Source: an uncultured Candidatus Saccharibacteria bacterium (GTDB taxonomy: Bacteria; Patescibacteriota; Saccharimonadia; Saccharimonadales; JANWIN01). From it: a stretch of DNA of 52,283 nucleotides. The notes under the pieces are model-generated. The model was not told the DNA's origin and made no database searches. It saw only the letters and a list, made by a program, of their open reading frames with translations. Made by a program: the position numbers and the translations under genes. The stretch is from the NCBI GenBank assembly GCA_964652125.1, contig CAZZAE010000002.1, positions 1 to 52,283 on the forward strand. The letters run 5' to 3'. This document shows, piece by piece, positions 8,365 to 17,691 of the stretch. How positions within the stretch are numbered: position 1 is the first letter of the stretch; every line of letters begins with the position of its first letter.

Positions 8365-10031
8365 AGTGGTGGGCTAAATCCACTTAGGTTTGTGATTACG
8401 TCGTAAATACCCCGTGCCTTACGCAAATCTGAACTAAAACTATGAATCTCAACCTGACCAGCACTGTCGTCATATTTTATATACTCAAGCGTAGGTTTTT
8501 TACTATTAAATGATCCAGCAACGAACGTACCTGAATCGGATGTTGCGCTTAAGCCAGTTGAAACATCATAAAAGCCTCGTGATTTTCGTAAGTCCTGGCT
8601 AAATATATGTACCTCAGCTGCTTTAGTGTCAGTACTATACTTTATATAAGCTAGCTGATCATATCCACGTCCCAAGAAGTCACCAGCCACAAATACACCT
8701 GAGTCTTTTGAGACATTAGTCAGGGAATTGACAACATCATATACTCCTGTAGCTTTTCTGAGATCTTTGCTAAACATGTGCAATTCTAAATTATTTTGAG
8801 CATTGCTGTATCGAATATAAATAAGTTGGTCAGATCCACGACCCAAGAAGTCACCCGCCACAAAAGTACCAGTTGTTGCGCTGATATTTGTCAGATTAGT
8901 CGGTACATCATATATTCCTAGAAACTTAGAGAGGTCGCTACTAAATTCATGAACCTGTACATTGCCATACCTCATATAAATTAGCTCATCTTTACTATCT
9001 CCAGTGACATTTCCAGAGACTAATACACCACTATTAGGATCAGTTGAAGCCATTCCAGTCGGTACATGAGTAAGCCAACTCTTGAAGCTATTGTTCCAAA
9101 GATGAGCTTCAACACAAGCCGATCCAGTGTTATTCATCTTAGTGTGTGTAAGATTCTCAATGGTCCCACTACTATTTCGGTAAGCAATAAATTGTCGGCC
9201 AGTTGCACCAGAAACATTTGAGTCGTTATAACAAGGACTTGCTACCGATCCAAACCACTGTTCGAACCAATAGACGAACCAATAACTACCTGAATAATAT
9301 TGGCGACTGCTACCTGGATAAACGTGAGGGGTATAACAGTAAAGAGATGCAGTAGCTGCATTAGCAATAACAAAATGAGTGTATGCTGTACCGTAATCAT
9401 CATAAAATGTTACATCTCTGCCGGGATATAGGCCGGTAGAGTAGTACCGTGTTCTGCCTGGACAAGCGTATCCACTGACGGTTGAATCTGATCCACTCCA
9501 GGTATTATCACCACTGGCACGAGCAAAATTCAGTCGAAGTTGCCAAGTGCCCCAGTCAACCTGATTAAAGAATCCGGATATGCTACCACAACCTCCAGAA
9601 TCGGGGCATGCGTAACCCATTGCAAAATTAACCTGTGAGCTCGATGGGCTAGGATCAGTAATTAATGATTCCTCCTTTTGCATTGTAGCTATTATTGTTC
9701 TGGGATTTAGTCCATATGCCCGAGCAGCGTCATAAATAATCTGTGAAGCCAATACACTTTTACCACAATTTAAATAATGAGCATTCATGTAGTTATTGTT
9801 GCAAGTTTCTGTATATTTATGACTGGCAAGGTAACTACCCTTATCGAGTAAGAGTTGCTGAATATCTCTAACACCCATTGAGCCGTTATCAATAAAGATC
9901 GAGTCTTTAATTAAATAATCGGATTTATAACTTGCCTTTGCTTTGGGTGCAAATATCATCGAGCCAATAACCGCCAAAAGTATTAAGGCACAGAAGACAG
10001 AAGTTTTCTTTTGCATGAAGCTATATATCAT
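8361..10031 (-). CDS. Secreted/anchored protein: Cys/Trp/Tyr-rich N-terminal domain plus C-terminal tandem FG-GAP-like repeats
   Basis: 556 aa. N-terminal signal/anchor VFCALILLAVIGSMIFAPKAKA. A LNPRTIIATMQKEESLI segment is reminiscent of cell-wall hydrolase-like domains (weak call). At least 4 repeats of type VAGDFLGRGxDQLxYIxY...hxFSxDLRKxxGxYDV. Confidence 0.6.
   Translation of the reverse strand: MIYSFMQKKTSVFCALILLAVIGSMIFAPKAKASYKSDYLIKDSIFIDNGSMGVRDIQQLLLDKGSYLASHKYTETCNNNYMNAHYLNCGKSVLASQIIYDAARAYGLNPRTIIATMQKEESLITDPSPSSSQVNFAMGYACPDSGGCGSISGFFNQVDWGTWQLRLNFARASGDNTWSGSDSTVSGYACPGRTRYYSTGLYPGRDVTFYDDYGTAYTHFVIANAATASLYCYTPHVYPGSSRQYYSGSYWFVYWFEQWFGSVASPCYNDSNVSGATGRQFIAYRNSSGTIENLTHTKMNNTGSACVEAHLWNNSFKSWLTHVPTGMASTDPNSGVLVSGNVTGDSKDELIYMRYGNVQVHEFSSDLSKFLGIYDVPTNLTNISATTGTFVAGDFLGRGSDQLIYIRYSNAQNNLELHMFSKDLRKATGVYDVVNSLTNVSKDSGVFVAGDFLGRGYDQLAYIKYSTDTKAAEVHIFSQDLRKSRGFYDVSTGLSATSDSGTFVAGSFNSKKPTLEYIKYDDSAGQVEIHSFSSDLRKARGIYDVITNLSGFSPPL
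8364..9040 (-). repeat. Tandem in-frame coding repeats (about 165-171 nt, 55-57 aa, at least 4 copies)
   Basis: DNA-level similarity is visible. For example, 8665-8699 (CCACGTCCCAAGAAGTCACCAGCCACAAATACACC) matches 8836-8870 (CCACGACCCAAGAAGTCACCCGCCACAAAAGTACC) at an offset of 171 nt. Confidence 0.7.
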
Positions 10032-10033
10032 AG

Positions 10034-10597
10034 TTAGAAGTTTAAGTTAATGCTTATCTCGTTAGCTTCTTTTCCATCCTGGAAACTAAATATATCCAGA
10101 TGTCCGGTTGAAGATGAAGCTTTAAAACTTATATTGGCCGAAAACTTGCCTCCTGAGATGTTGATAGGACCTTGACCTATCTGACCTGCCTGGTTATCAA
10201 CTAGCCGGTACCAGACTTGGGTTACTTTAGCCGAACCTGCAATTAAATCACCAGATTTTAAAGTTGAACCACTTGTTGGTTGCTTTAGAGTAATAAGACC
10301 AGAACTTGATGTTGCCCATTGCGAAGATGGCGTAGTAACTTGACCTTGGCCTTGTTTGTCGGTGATATTACTTTCTTGGATACTGCCACCACTGGTTGAA
10401 GGATTATTTGATTTAATGCTTGGTGCTGTTTGGGTGGTCGTTCCAGTTGGATTCTGCTTGTGAAAAAAGTGAGTAGTATTAGTCAGCTCAAGAATAAGAA
10501 CAGCTAAAACTATTAAAACTAATATAAACAATATTAATTTAAGAGTACGTTGTTGCCCATTGCGACGTCGGTAACTTTTATTTATAGGCTTAACCAT
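10034..10597 (-). CDS. Membrane-anchored extracytoplasmic protein with C-terminal Ig-like (Gmad2-like) beta domain
   Basis: 187 aa. Basic N-terminus plus TM LKLILFILVLIVLAVLILEL, then a Thr/Ser/Gln-rich linker and a beta-rich C-terminal domain. Ends 2 nt before the start of the 8361-10031 gene. Confidence 0.45.
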   Translation of the reverse strand: MVKPINKSYRRRNGQQRTLKLILFILVLIVLAVLILELTNTTHFFHKQNPTGTTTQTAPSIKSNNPSTSGGSIQESNITDKQGQGQVTTPSSQWATSSSGLITLKQPTSGSTLKSGDLIAGSAKVTQVWYRLVDNQAGQIGQGPINISGGKFSANISFKASSSTGHLDIFSFQDGKEANEISINLNF

Positions 10598-10700
10598 AAT
10601 TGTATTTTACCAAGAATATGCAAATAGCAACATTTTTATAAAGCATTATCAATATATTCAAAGATTACAACTAATTTTAAAACTCAAATATTGGATAAAG

Positions 10701-12692
10701 TTATTTGCCAACTTTATATAAATAAAAATCTGTTTGAGGATAGCTAATTTTTTCTTTCAAACTTACACACTGTTCAGTAAGGGGGTGAACTGACAGGGCA
10801 TACTGAATGTTTTTCAATATAAATGAACTACATTTGAACTTGACTTTAAATGAGTCACTTGAGACTTTGTCGATGGGTACAGTAAAGTTTGGACTGTCTG
10901 AAAAAAAGGCATGCCCTTCACGGTTATAAATGTACTCGTATTTCTGACCAGCCAACTGCTTCCAAAAATTAAGATCAGGATAAAGCTGAGCACCACTTAG
11001 GGATCGACGGCCAGCTAACCATCCAAAATTTTCATAAACTCCTGCGTCGTCACCAACCGTAACCCAACTGTCTTTAGGCGAAGAAATTGCCTCCATCCGT
11101 TGAACCAGATTACTATGGGTTAAAAAGCCGAGGCCACGATACAGGGGAATTATTTTGAAACTACTAGCTAGAGTGAACATCAAGAAACAAATAGCAAAAA
11201 GCATTTTGTGCCCCGACAGAAGAGCTATGATTAGCACAGTGAAGGCAATCGCCAATCCACTGATAATAATCGGATTATGCAAAAACAGGGGATAGTGGTG
11301 CATGATGTAGGCACTAATCATCAACAAAACTGCTAAACAAGCTAGCCCGTAACCTAATGCCCAAGTATAAAGTTGGCGTGGTTTAATCTTGAGAGTATTA
11401 ATCTTTTTTATAAGATACAACATCTGAAGTATCCCTAAGAAGCCCATGCCGATAATTAATCTAACGCTCGGCACTCGGTCTAGTAGTAAAAGATTAAATA
11501 AGGGGCCACCTAATTTAGTAAACACTCTTATAAACATAAGCAAGGCGCATATTTGTAAACTTAATAATATGAAGTCGATCTTTTTATGCTTGCGCCAATC
11601 TAACCAAATTACGGCAAATCCAGGTATTAATAAGAAGGGTAGCAGAAGAATAAAGTTAGAAGCTTCACTTTGATTGTATATAAAATGACCGCCACGAAAA
11701 TCGCTCTGTTGAACTGGCATAACATAACTATCAAAGACATTTAGTAACTTCAAGGCTCCACCATCAATACGCCGATGACCTGGATAGAGACTTTGATTCA
11801 AACCATTAATTGGACCCCTATGAGTAGCTACAAACGTCAGCCCAATGACGGCTGTGACAACTGTAGCAATTAACACTAACCCTAAACGTTTAGCAAGATC
11901 CGCCCAGTTAAATTTTTCTGAAATAAGTTTCTGCAGAGTATACCCTAAAATGAAAAAACCTATGACTAAGGCAACCGAAATTTGAAAAGGTGGATAGAAT
12001 ATAAATCCGAAACATCCTAATAAGAAGCTAAGTCCAATGACATGTAAGGCATCTGACAATAACTTATTTTTTACAAATGGCACTTGCTCGCCATTAATTA
12101 GTCGTAAAAACATAATAAGAATAAAAAATCCCCAAGCCAAAGTTAGGAAGCTTCCAGTTTGGTACCACCACATTGAAAACGGCGACAAACCAATGGCAAT
12201 TCCAATTAGTATGGCAAACACTTTTTGGCCAGGAAAGACCCTTAAAACAAAGAAGTAAACACTTAATATTAAGAGGAACATTAACAGCCACCACTTAAAG
12301 GCAAAAGCAAACTCGAGCGGTAGAATCATGAAACTCCAGTTTTGGGGTTTAAATATTGTTGACCAGTCTTTTGATGGAATTTCACCAGCCAAGGAAACAT
12401 CCCTACCACTTCCGAAGTCTTTGTTAAACCGAGGGTAGCCATTTTTCGATTGCGAAACTGTCATTTGGCTGCCCGCTAACCATTCATCCGATCGAATTGC
12501 CCGAGGATGCCCCCAAATTAGATTCGGATCCTTAGCATGACTACCATAGAGATTTGAATAATACATTCCAACCGAAGTCCCGCTTAAACGTAGACTAGTC
12601 AGAACCACTAAAACTAAAAATAAAGCCAAAGGGAAAGCCCAAATTGAAGTTTTTACCCACCCGGCAAAACCTTTTATCTTTTTATTATTCAT
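10701..12692 (-). CDS. Large polytopic membrane protein, candidate GT-C-fold glycosyltransferase
   Basis: 663 aa with at least 12 predicted TM helices. First extracytoplasmic loop carries the acidic motif IRSDEW. Soluble C-terminal domain of about 130 aa. Divergent neighbour of a GtrB-like gene. Confidence 0.5.
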   Translation of the reverse strand: MNNKKIKGFAGWVKTSIWAFPLALFLVLVVLTSLRLSGTSVGMYYSNLYGSHAKDPNLIWGHPRAIRSDEWLAGSQMTVSQSKNGYPRFNKDFGSGRDVSLAGEIPSKDWSTIFKPQNWSFMILPLEFAFAFKWWLLMFLLILSVYFFVLRVFPGQKVFAILIGIAIGLSPFSMWWYQTGSFLTLAWGFFILIMFLRLINGEQVPFVKNKLLSDALHVIGLSFLLGCFGFIFYPPFQISVALVIGFFILGYTLQKLISEKFNWADLAKRLGLVLIATVVTAVIGLTFVATHRGPINGLNQSLYPGHRRIDGGALKLLNVFDSYVMPVQQSDFRGGHFIYNQSEASNFILLLPFLLIPGFAVIWLDWRKHKKIDFILLSLQICALLMFIRVFTKLGGPLFNLLLLDRVPSVRLIIGMGFLGILQMLYLIKKINTLKIKPRQLYTWALGYGLACLAVLLMISAYIMHHYPLFLHNPIIISGLAIAFTVLIIALLSGHKMLFAICFLMFTLASSFKIIPLYRGLGFLTHSNLVQRMEAISSPKDSWVTVGDDAGVYENFGWLAGRRSLSGAQLYPDLNFWKQLAGQKYEYIYNREGHAFFSDSPNFTVPIDKVSSDSFKVKFKCSSFILKNIQYALSVHPLTEQCVSLKEKISYPQTDFYLYKVGK

Positions 12693-12795
12693 TCAGGTTG
12701 TATTATAGCTTGACTGAAATGCATTACCAATCGCAGATCTAATTACTCCAAAAGCGATATAACTGGTAAAATATGGATAATCTTAAAGAGGATTT

Positions 12796-13773
12796 ATGAA
12801 GTTAATTATTTTTTCAATTTGCAAAAATGAAGAACAAACAATCGGTGAGTTACTAGATGGAATACCTAAAACTATATCCGGTGTCAGTGAAATTGAAACC
12901 TGGGTTATTGATGACGGAAGTACTGACAAAACTGCTGAGATAGCTGCCAAGCACGGTGCAAAGGTACATAAAGGCATTAGTCAAAAAAGGCTAGCTTACC
13001 GTTTTCAGGAAGCTCTAGAGATTGCCCTTAGCCGAAAGGCTGACATAGCAGTTAATATAGACGGAGATCTACAGTTTAATCCTAAAGATATACCTAAGCT
13101 TGTTAAACCGATTATTGAAGATGGTTATGACTTTGCCGCTGCAGATAGATTTACGGACGTTAAAACTGGTAAACGGCTGCGTCCAGAGAACATGCCACCG
13201 AGTAAATATTTTGCAAATCGGATTGGTACCTGGATTGTCAGCAGTCTAACCCGACAACAATTTAGAGATGTTACTTGTGGTTTCAGAGCTTACAACAGAC
13301 GAGCACTAATTGCCCTTAATATTAATAGTCAATATACCTATACTCAAGAGTCGTTTCAATTGCTAGCTTTGAAAAAAATGGATATTAAAGCCGTACCAAT
13401 TGATGTAACTTATTATAAGGATCGCAAGTCCAGAGTTGTCACAAACTTTTTCACTTTTTTAATCGGAAGTGCCATCAATATAGTTCGGGCCTATAGAGAC
13501 TTTGCGCCACTTAGATTCTTTGGTTCACTAGGTCTGGCTTGTTTCATACTTGGCGGTGGCTCGGTTGGTTTTGTATTTATTCATTGGATCCAAACTGGGG
13601 AATTTAGTCCGTATAAATTTATAGGATTTACCGGCATTTATCTTATTAGTCTAGCTCTTGTTATTTGGACAGTTGGTTTAGTGGCCGACATGCTTGATCG
13701 TATGCTAAGCAACCAAGAAAAAATCTTGGAACAGATGAAAAAAATACGATTCGGTGAGCATAAAAACGAATGA
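12796..13773 (+). CDS. GT2 polyprenyl-phosphate sugar synthase (GtrB/DPM1/GacI-like)
   Basis: 325 aa. IFSICKNEEQTIG...VIDDGSTDKTAEIA...NIDGDLQFNP motifs, with two C-terminal TM helices as in GtrB-type enzymes. Confidence 0.8.
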   Translation: MKLIIFSICKNEEQTIGELLDGIPKTISGVSEIETWVIDDGSTDKTAEIAAKHGAKVHKGISQKRLAYRFQEALEIALSRKADIAVNIDGDLQFNPKDIPKLVKPIIEDGYDFAAADRFTDVKTGKRLRPENMPPSKYFANRIGTWIVSSLTRQQFRDVTCGFRAYNRRALIALNINSQYTYTQESFQLLALKKMDIKAVPIDVTYYKDRKSRVVTNFFTFLIGSAINIVRAYRDFAPLRFFGSLGLACFILGGGSVGFVFIHWIQTGEFSPYKFIGFTGIYLISLALVIWTVGLVADMLDRMLSNQEKILEQMKKIRFGEHKNE

Positions 13774-14873
13774 TCCATTTTGTAATTGGTACTCGAGCTC
13801 AACTATTTAAAATGGCACCAATAATGCTAACTTGCGAAGAACAAGGGCTCCAATGGCGCTGGGTATATGCTGCCCAGCATAAAGAAACTATTGAAGAAAC
13901 TTTGCAGACGTTTGGATTACCGAATCCTGATTTTACAATTATAAATTGGGATACTGAAGCCAAGACTATGGGTAAAATATGGCTGTGGTTTGGAAAGATG
14001 CTACTAGCCTTACCCAAAAGTAGGAAAATATTTGCTGGTCAAGTTGGTAAAAAACATATTGTGCTGACACATGGTGACACGCTTACCACATGGCTAGCAG
14101 CTGTAATGGCAAAATTGACTAGAACCAAAGTTATGCACGTAGAATCGGGTCTACGCAGCTTTAATATTCGAAAGCCGTTTCCAGAAGAAATAAATCGACT
14201 CATTACTTTTCGACTGGCCGACTATTATGCTTGCCCAGGACAATGGGCTATAGACAATCTCAAAAAATACAAAGGCGAGAAGATTAACACTTTCCAAAAT
14301 ACTCAAATTGATACTATTCGATTTGGTCTAGCGCATGCTGATAAAGCTAAGCTGAACCTTCCAAATGAGAAGTATGTTGTAGCTAGTCTACACCGCTATG
14401 AGAATATATTTGATACGGTACGATTTAATACAATTGTTGATCGTTTAGAGTCAATTAGCCAGACATTCCCAATTTATATGGTGCAACATCCGGCAACCAA
14501 GGAACAACTTAAAAAGTTACCTGATATCAAAGCTCGAATCGAGCAAAATAAAAGAATCCATTTGCTGCCCAGACTGGAATATTTGCCTTTTGTGAAGCTA
14601 ATTAAACACAGCGAATTCGTGATTACTGATGGAGGTGGAAATCAAGAAGAGCTTTATCATATGGGCAAACCGACACTACTATTTCGTAACGAGACCGAAA
14701 GGCAAGAAGGTCTTGGATCAACTGCTGTCATATCAAAATTGGATCCTAAAGTTATTTCTAAATTCGTTTCAGATTATAAGAAATATGCCAGAGAAACACT
14801 CACCACTACTAAGACTTCATCACCGTCTACGATAATTGTAAATTGGCTAGATAAGAAAGGTTTCGGAAGATGA
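13770..14873 (+). CDS. UDP-N-acetylglucosamine 2-epimerase family protein (divergent)
   Basis: 367 aa. VIGTRAQLFKMAPI...HVESGLRSFN...PFPEEINR core motifs of the Epimerase_2 family. ATGA overlap with the upstream gene. Confidence 0.7.
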   Translation: MIHFVIGTRAQLFKMAPIMLTCEEQGLQWRWVYAAQHKETIEETLQTFGLPNPDFTIINWDTEAKTMGKIWLWFGKMLLALPKSRKIFAGQVGKKHIVLTHGDTLTTWLAAVMAKLTRTKVMHVESGLRSFNIRKPFPEEINRLITFRLADYYACPGQWAIDNLKKYKGEKINTFQNTQIDTIRFGLAHADKAKLNLPNEKYVVASLHRYENIFDTVRFNTIVDRLESISQTFPIYMVQHPATKEQLKKLPDIKARIEQNKRIHLLPRLEYLPFVKLIKHSEFVITDGGGNQEELYHMGKPTLLFRNETERQEGLGSTAVISKLDPKVISKFVSDYKKYARETLTTTKTSSPSTIIVNWLDKKGFGR

Positions 14874-15877
14874 AAAAGAACGGTCAATCTTTCTCCATTG
14901 TAATGGCTACTTATACTGGCGTTGAAACCATAGATGACGCCTTTACCTCCTTACTTGATCAAAATGACCCAGGAGTTTCCTATGACGTTGTGGTTGTCAT
15001 TGATGGACCAAATGCTGCCCTACGGGCTAAAGTTGAACAAGCTCAAGAAAAGTTTTTAAAAGCTGGTATAGATTTTAAGTTGAAACAATTCACAAAGAAT
15101 AAGGGCCGATTTGAAGCTCGATTAGTTGGTGCCAAATTGGCATCACATGGTCATATTTTAATAGTTGATGACCGCGTTAAACTACCTAAGAACTTTCTAA
15201 AATATATGGCAAATGCCAATCAGGAGGTATTGATCCCTGACGTAGTTGAAAGTGATCCAAACAACTACGTCTCCCTAGCTCTTAGTAAACTTAGGCGCAA
15301 AATTTACGGCCAACAATGGGGAGGTAATTTTGAAGACTTCTATATTGATGAAGCGAACTTCGATAAATCACCGAAAGGCACAACGAGTCTTTGGATAAAG
15401 AAAAGTATATTTATCGATGCCTGCAATTTACTTCAAAAAACTGAAAATTTAACTGCCCACGTTAGCGAAGACACCCGGATACTGAAATTTGTAGTAATGA
15501 GTGGTGCGAAAATATACAAAACCAGTAAAGTTAAACTCGTCTACCAACCTCGCAGTAAGGCAAAAGAAGAGCTAATTCATATTTATCAACGCGGTCCACG
15601 ATTTCTGGACTATTATCTACATCCAGGTACAAGATATTTTGCTCCATTAATACTATATTTTGTATTGGTGATGCCATTATTAGTGCTTGCTGTTCTCCAT
15701 CCTATCCTAATTCTATTTGGACTAGCCGTATCAATTCTCGTAGCACTTTGGGTTAGTGGTGATCTAAAACAATGGTTGCTGGTTTGGTATGGTCTTTTAT
15801 CTATAGTGGTGTGTTTCGGTACTGGTCTTTGGCATGGTCTATGGCTCATCTTTCAAAGTCGGAGAGAGAAAGCATGA
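14870..15877 (+). CDS. GT2-like glycosyltransferase with C-terminal membrane helices
   Basis: 335 aa. N-terminal FSIVMATYTG...VVVIDGPN and LIVDDR. Three or four C-terminal TM helices. Confidence 0.6.
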   Translation: MKKNGQSFSIVMATYTGVETIDDAFTSLLDQNDPGVSYDVVVVIDGPNAALRAKVEQAQEKFLKAGIDFKLKQFTKNKGRFEARLVGAKLASHGHILIVDDRVKLPKNFLKYMANANQEVLIPDVVESDPNNYVSLALSKLRRKIYGQQWGGNFEDFYIDEANFDKSPKGTTSLWIKKSIFIDACNLLQKTENLTAHVSEDTRILKFVVMSGAKIYKTSKVKLVYQPRSKAKEELIHIYQRGPRFLDYYLHPGTRYFAPLILYFVLVMPLLVLAVLHPILILFGLAVSILVALWVSGDLKQWLLVWYGLLSIVVCFGTGLWHGLWLIFQSRREKA

Positions 15878-16863
15878 ATTTGTTTCCTAAAAAGGTTTCT
15901 CTTTATTTGGGAATAATTGTTTTTTTGATCTTTGTTATTTACTTTGCATTAAACGCTAGTACGTTTAAACCACTACTTGATGTCAATATTTGGCTGCTGG
16001 TGCTAATAGCAATTGCTGATTTAACGGTTATTATGGTCAATGGTCTTTTTATTAAATTTATACTCAAACCCTTTGATAAATACATTTCGTTAATTGAGAG
16101 CGGCCGAGTTTCTCTAATTTCATCAGTTGGAAATTTCTTTGCTCCTGTGGGTGCCGGTTTTGGTTTTAGGGCAGTGTATCTAAAGAAAAAACATAATTTA
16201 CCATACAGTGAATATCTGTCGACACTTTCGGGAAACTATATAATAGTTTTTTTGGTAAATTCTTTCTTTGCATTAGTGGCACTTTATCTGCTAAGAAGCC
16301 ATCACTCTAAACAGTACCTGGTTTTAATTGGGCTATTTTCAGGTACTTTCATCATGTCACTGGCCTTGAGCATTTTAAAAATTCCCGCAAGCCTACAGCG
16401 AAAAGTAAATAACAATAAGCGGCTGAGTAAGATAAGCAAGCCATTTTTTCAAGTTATTGATGGTTGGAATAAGATAGTTGCTGACAAATCACTTATGGTG
16501 CGTCTAATTAGTATTATTTTCTTTAATATTCTAATTACCATAGCCATAGCAACATTAGAAATTCACGCCCTGCATTTTCACATTGGTTTACCGCAATTGT
16601 TGCTATTTAGTGTGTTGGGCTCTTTGAGTCTATTTATCAATTTAACTCCTGCTAATTTAGGAGTAAAAGAAGCAATTTATATTTTTTCAAGAAGCGTAAT
16701 AGGTTTTTCAACTGGGCAGATTTTATCAATAGCCTTATTAGATCGCGGAGTTTTATTTATTATTCTATTTATCTCTTGGATAATTTTTGGTCGAATGAAA
16801 AAATCTTTAGACCCAACTTTGACTGAGGCTATGGGGAGCAAGAACGAGATTATCGTTTCGTAG
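15874..16863 (+). CDS. UPF0104 / LPG-synthase-TM (flippase-like) family membrane protein
   Basis: ATG at 15874 overlaps the stop of the upstream GT2 (ATGA). About 8 TM helices. VGNFFAPVGAGFGFRAVYLKKKH and TPANLGVKEA motifs are typical of this family. Confidence 0.6.
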   Translation: MNLFPKKVSLYLGIIVFLIFVIYFALNASTFKPLLDVNIWLLVLIAIADLTVIMVNGLFIKFILKPFDKYISLIESGRVSLISSVGNFFAPVGAGFGFRAVYLKKKHNLPYSEYLSTLSGNYIIVFLVNSFFALVALYLLRSHHSKQYLVLIGLFSGTFIMSLALSILKIPASLQRKVNNNKRLSKISKPFFQVIDGWNKIVADKSLMVRLISIIFFNILITIAIATLEIHALHFHIGLPQLLLFSVLGSLSLFINLTPANLGVKEAIYIFSRSVIGFSTGQILSIALLDRGVLFIILFISWIIFGRMKKSLDPTLTEAMGSKNEIIVS

Positions 16864-17691
16864 TTTGACGATATCATCAATTTTGTTAATTTTGCGAAAA
16901 ATATTCTTTTGTTCGTCGATATGATAGCAATATTTGTAAAGCTTGAGCAGCTGACTAGCTTGCTTTCTTGGATCATAGCCACATCTTTTTAAATGATCAG
17001 CTGAAAACTCTATAAATAAAATAGGCTGGTACTTCTTAATGGTTTGAAGGCCTCCCTCAATGGCATAACCTTCGTAACCTTCAATATCCATTTTGATCAT
17101 GTCGACTTTTTTAAATTTTTTCTTTTTAACAAAACTATCAATGGTTACAACATCAACATCAGTAGATTTATTTGATACCTTGCCCGCGGAGTGTGTGGCA
17201 ATGCTGTTTTCGGCTAAATAGATCTTCAGCTTTCCTTCCTCAGAGCCAACGGCGGCATCGATAATTTCGACGTTGGTAATATGGTTGATTTTCAAATTAT
17301 GTTTTAACAGTTCGAGATTTTGAGTGACCGGTTCAAATGCATAGACTTTGCCCCTAGCTCCAATTGCAGTAGCAGCTTCTGCGCAGTAGACACCGATATT
17401 GGCGCCAATATCAAGTACGATGTCGTTCTTTTTCAAAAGTTTGTGGAAGATGTCTAATTCAATTTTTTCGAAATCGCCACTAATCATACTTGGTACGACA
17501 GTAGTATCAGTAGTTGGCACTTTGAATTTTAAGTTTCTAAAAACAATGTTTTTATCGACTCCATGATAGGTGGCTGAAAACATCTTTCGGTAGATTGTTG
17601 TCGTAAAGGGCAAATGATGAATCCAAGTGTTTCGGAATTTACTCCTTGAGAAATTCATAACACTTAAATAGAATGTCTCTTTTTTTACCAT
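16807..17691 (-). CDS. FkbM-family SAM-dependent methyltransferase
   Basis: 294 aa. SAM-binding VLDIGANIGVY...AFEP, and KMDIEGYEGYAIEG typical of the FkbM family. Confidence 0.8.
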   Translation of the reverse strand: MVKKETFYLSVMNFSRSKFRNTWIHHLPFTTTIYRKMFSATYHGVDKNIVFRNLKFKVPTTDTTVVPSMISGDFEKIELDIFHKLLKKNDIVLDIGANIGVYCAEAATAIGARGKVYAFEPVTQNLELLKHNLKINHITNVEIIDAAVGSEEGKLKIYLAENSIATHSAGKVSNKSTDVDVVTIDSFVKKKKFKKVDMIKMDIEGYEGYAIEGGLQTIKKYQPILFIEFSADHLKRCGYDPRKQASQLLKLYKYCYHIDEQKNIFRKINKIDDIVKLRNDNLVLAPHSLSQSWV

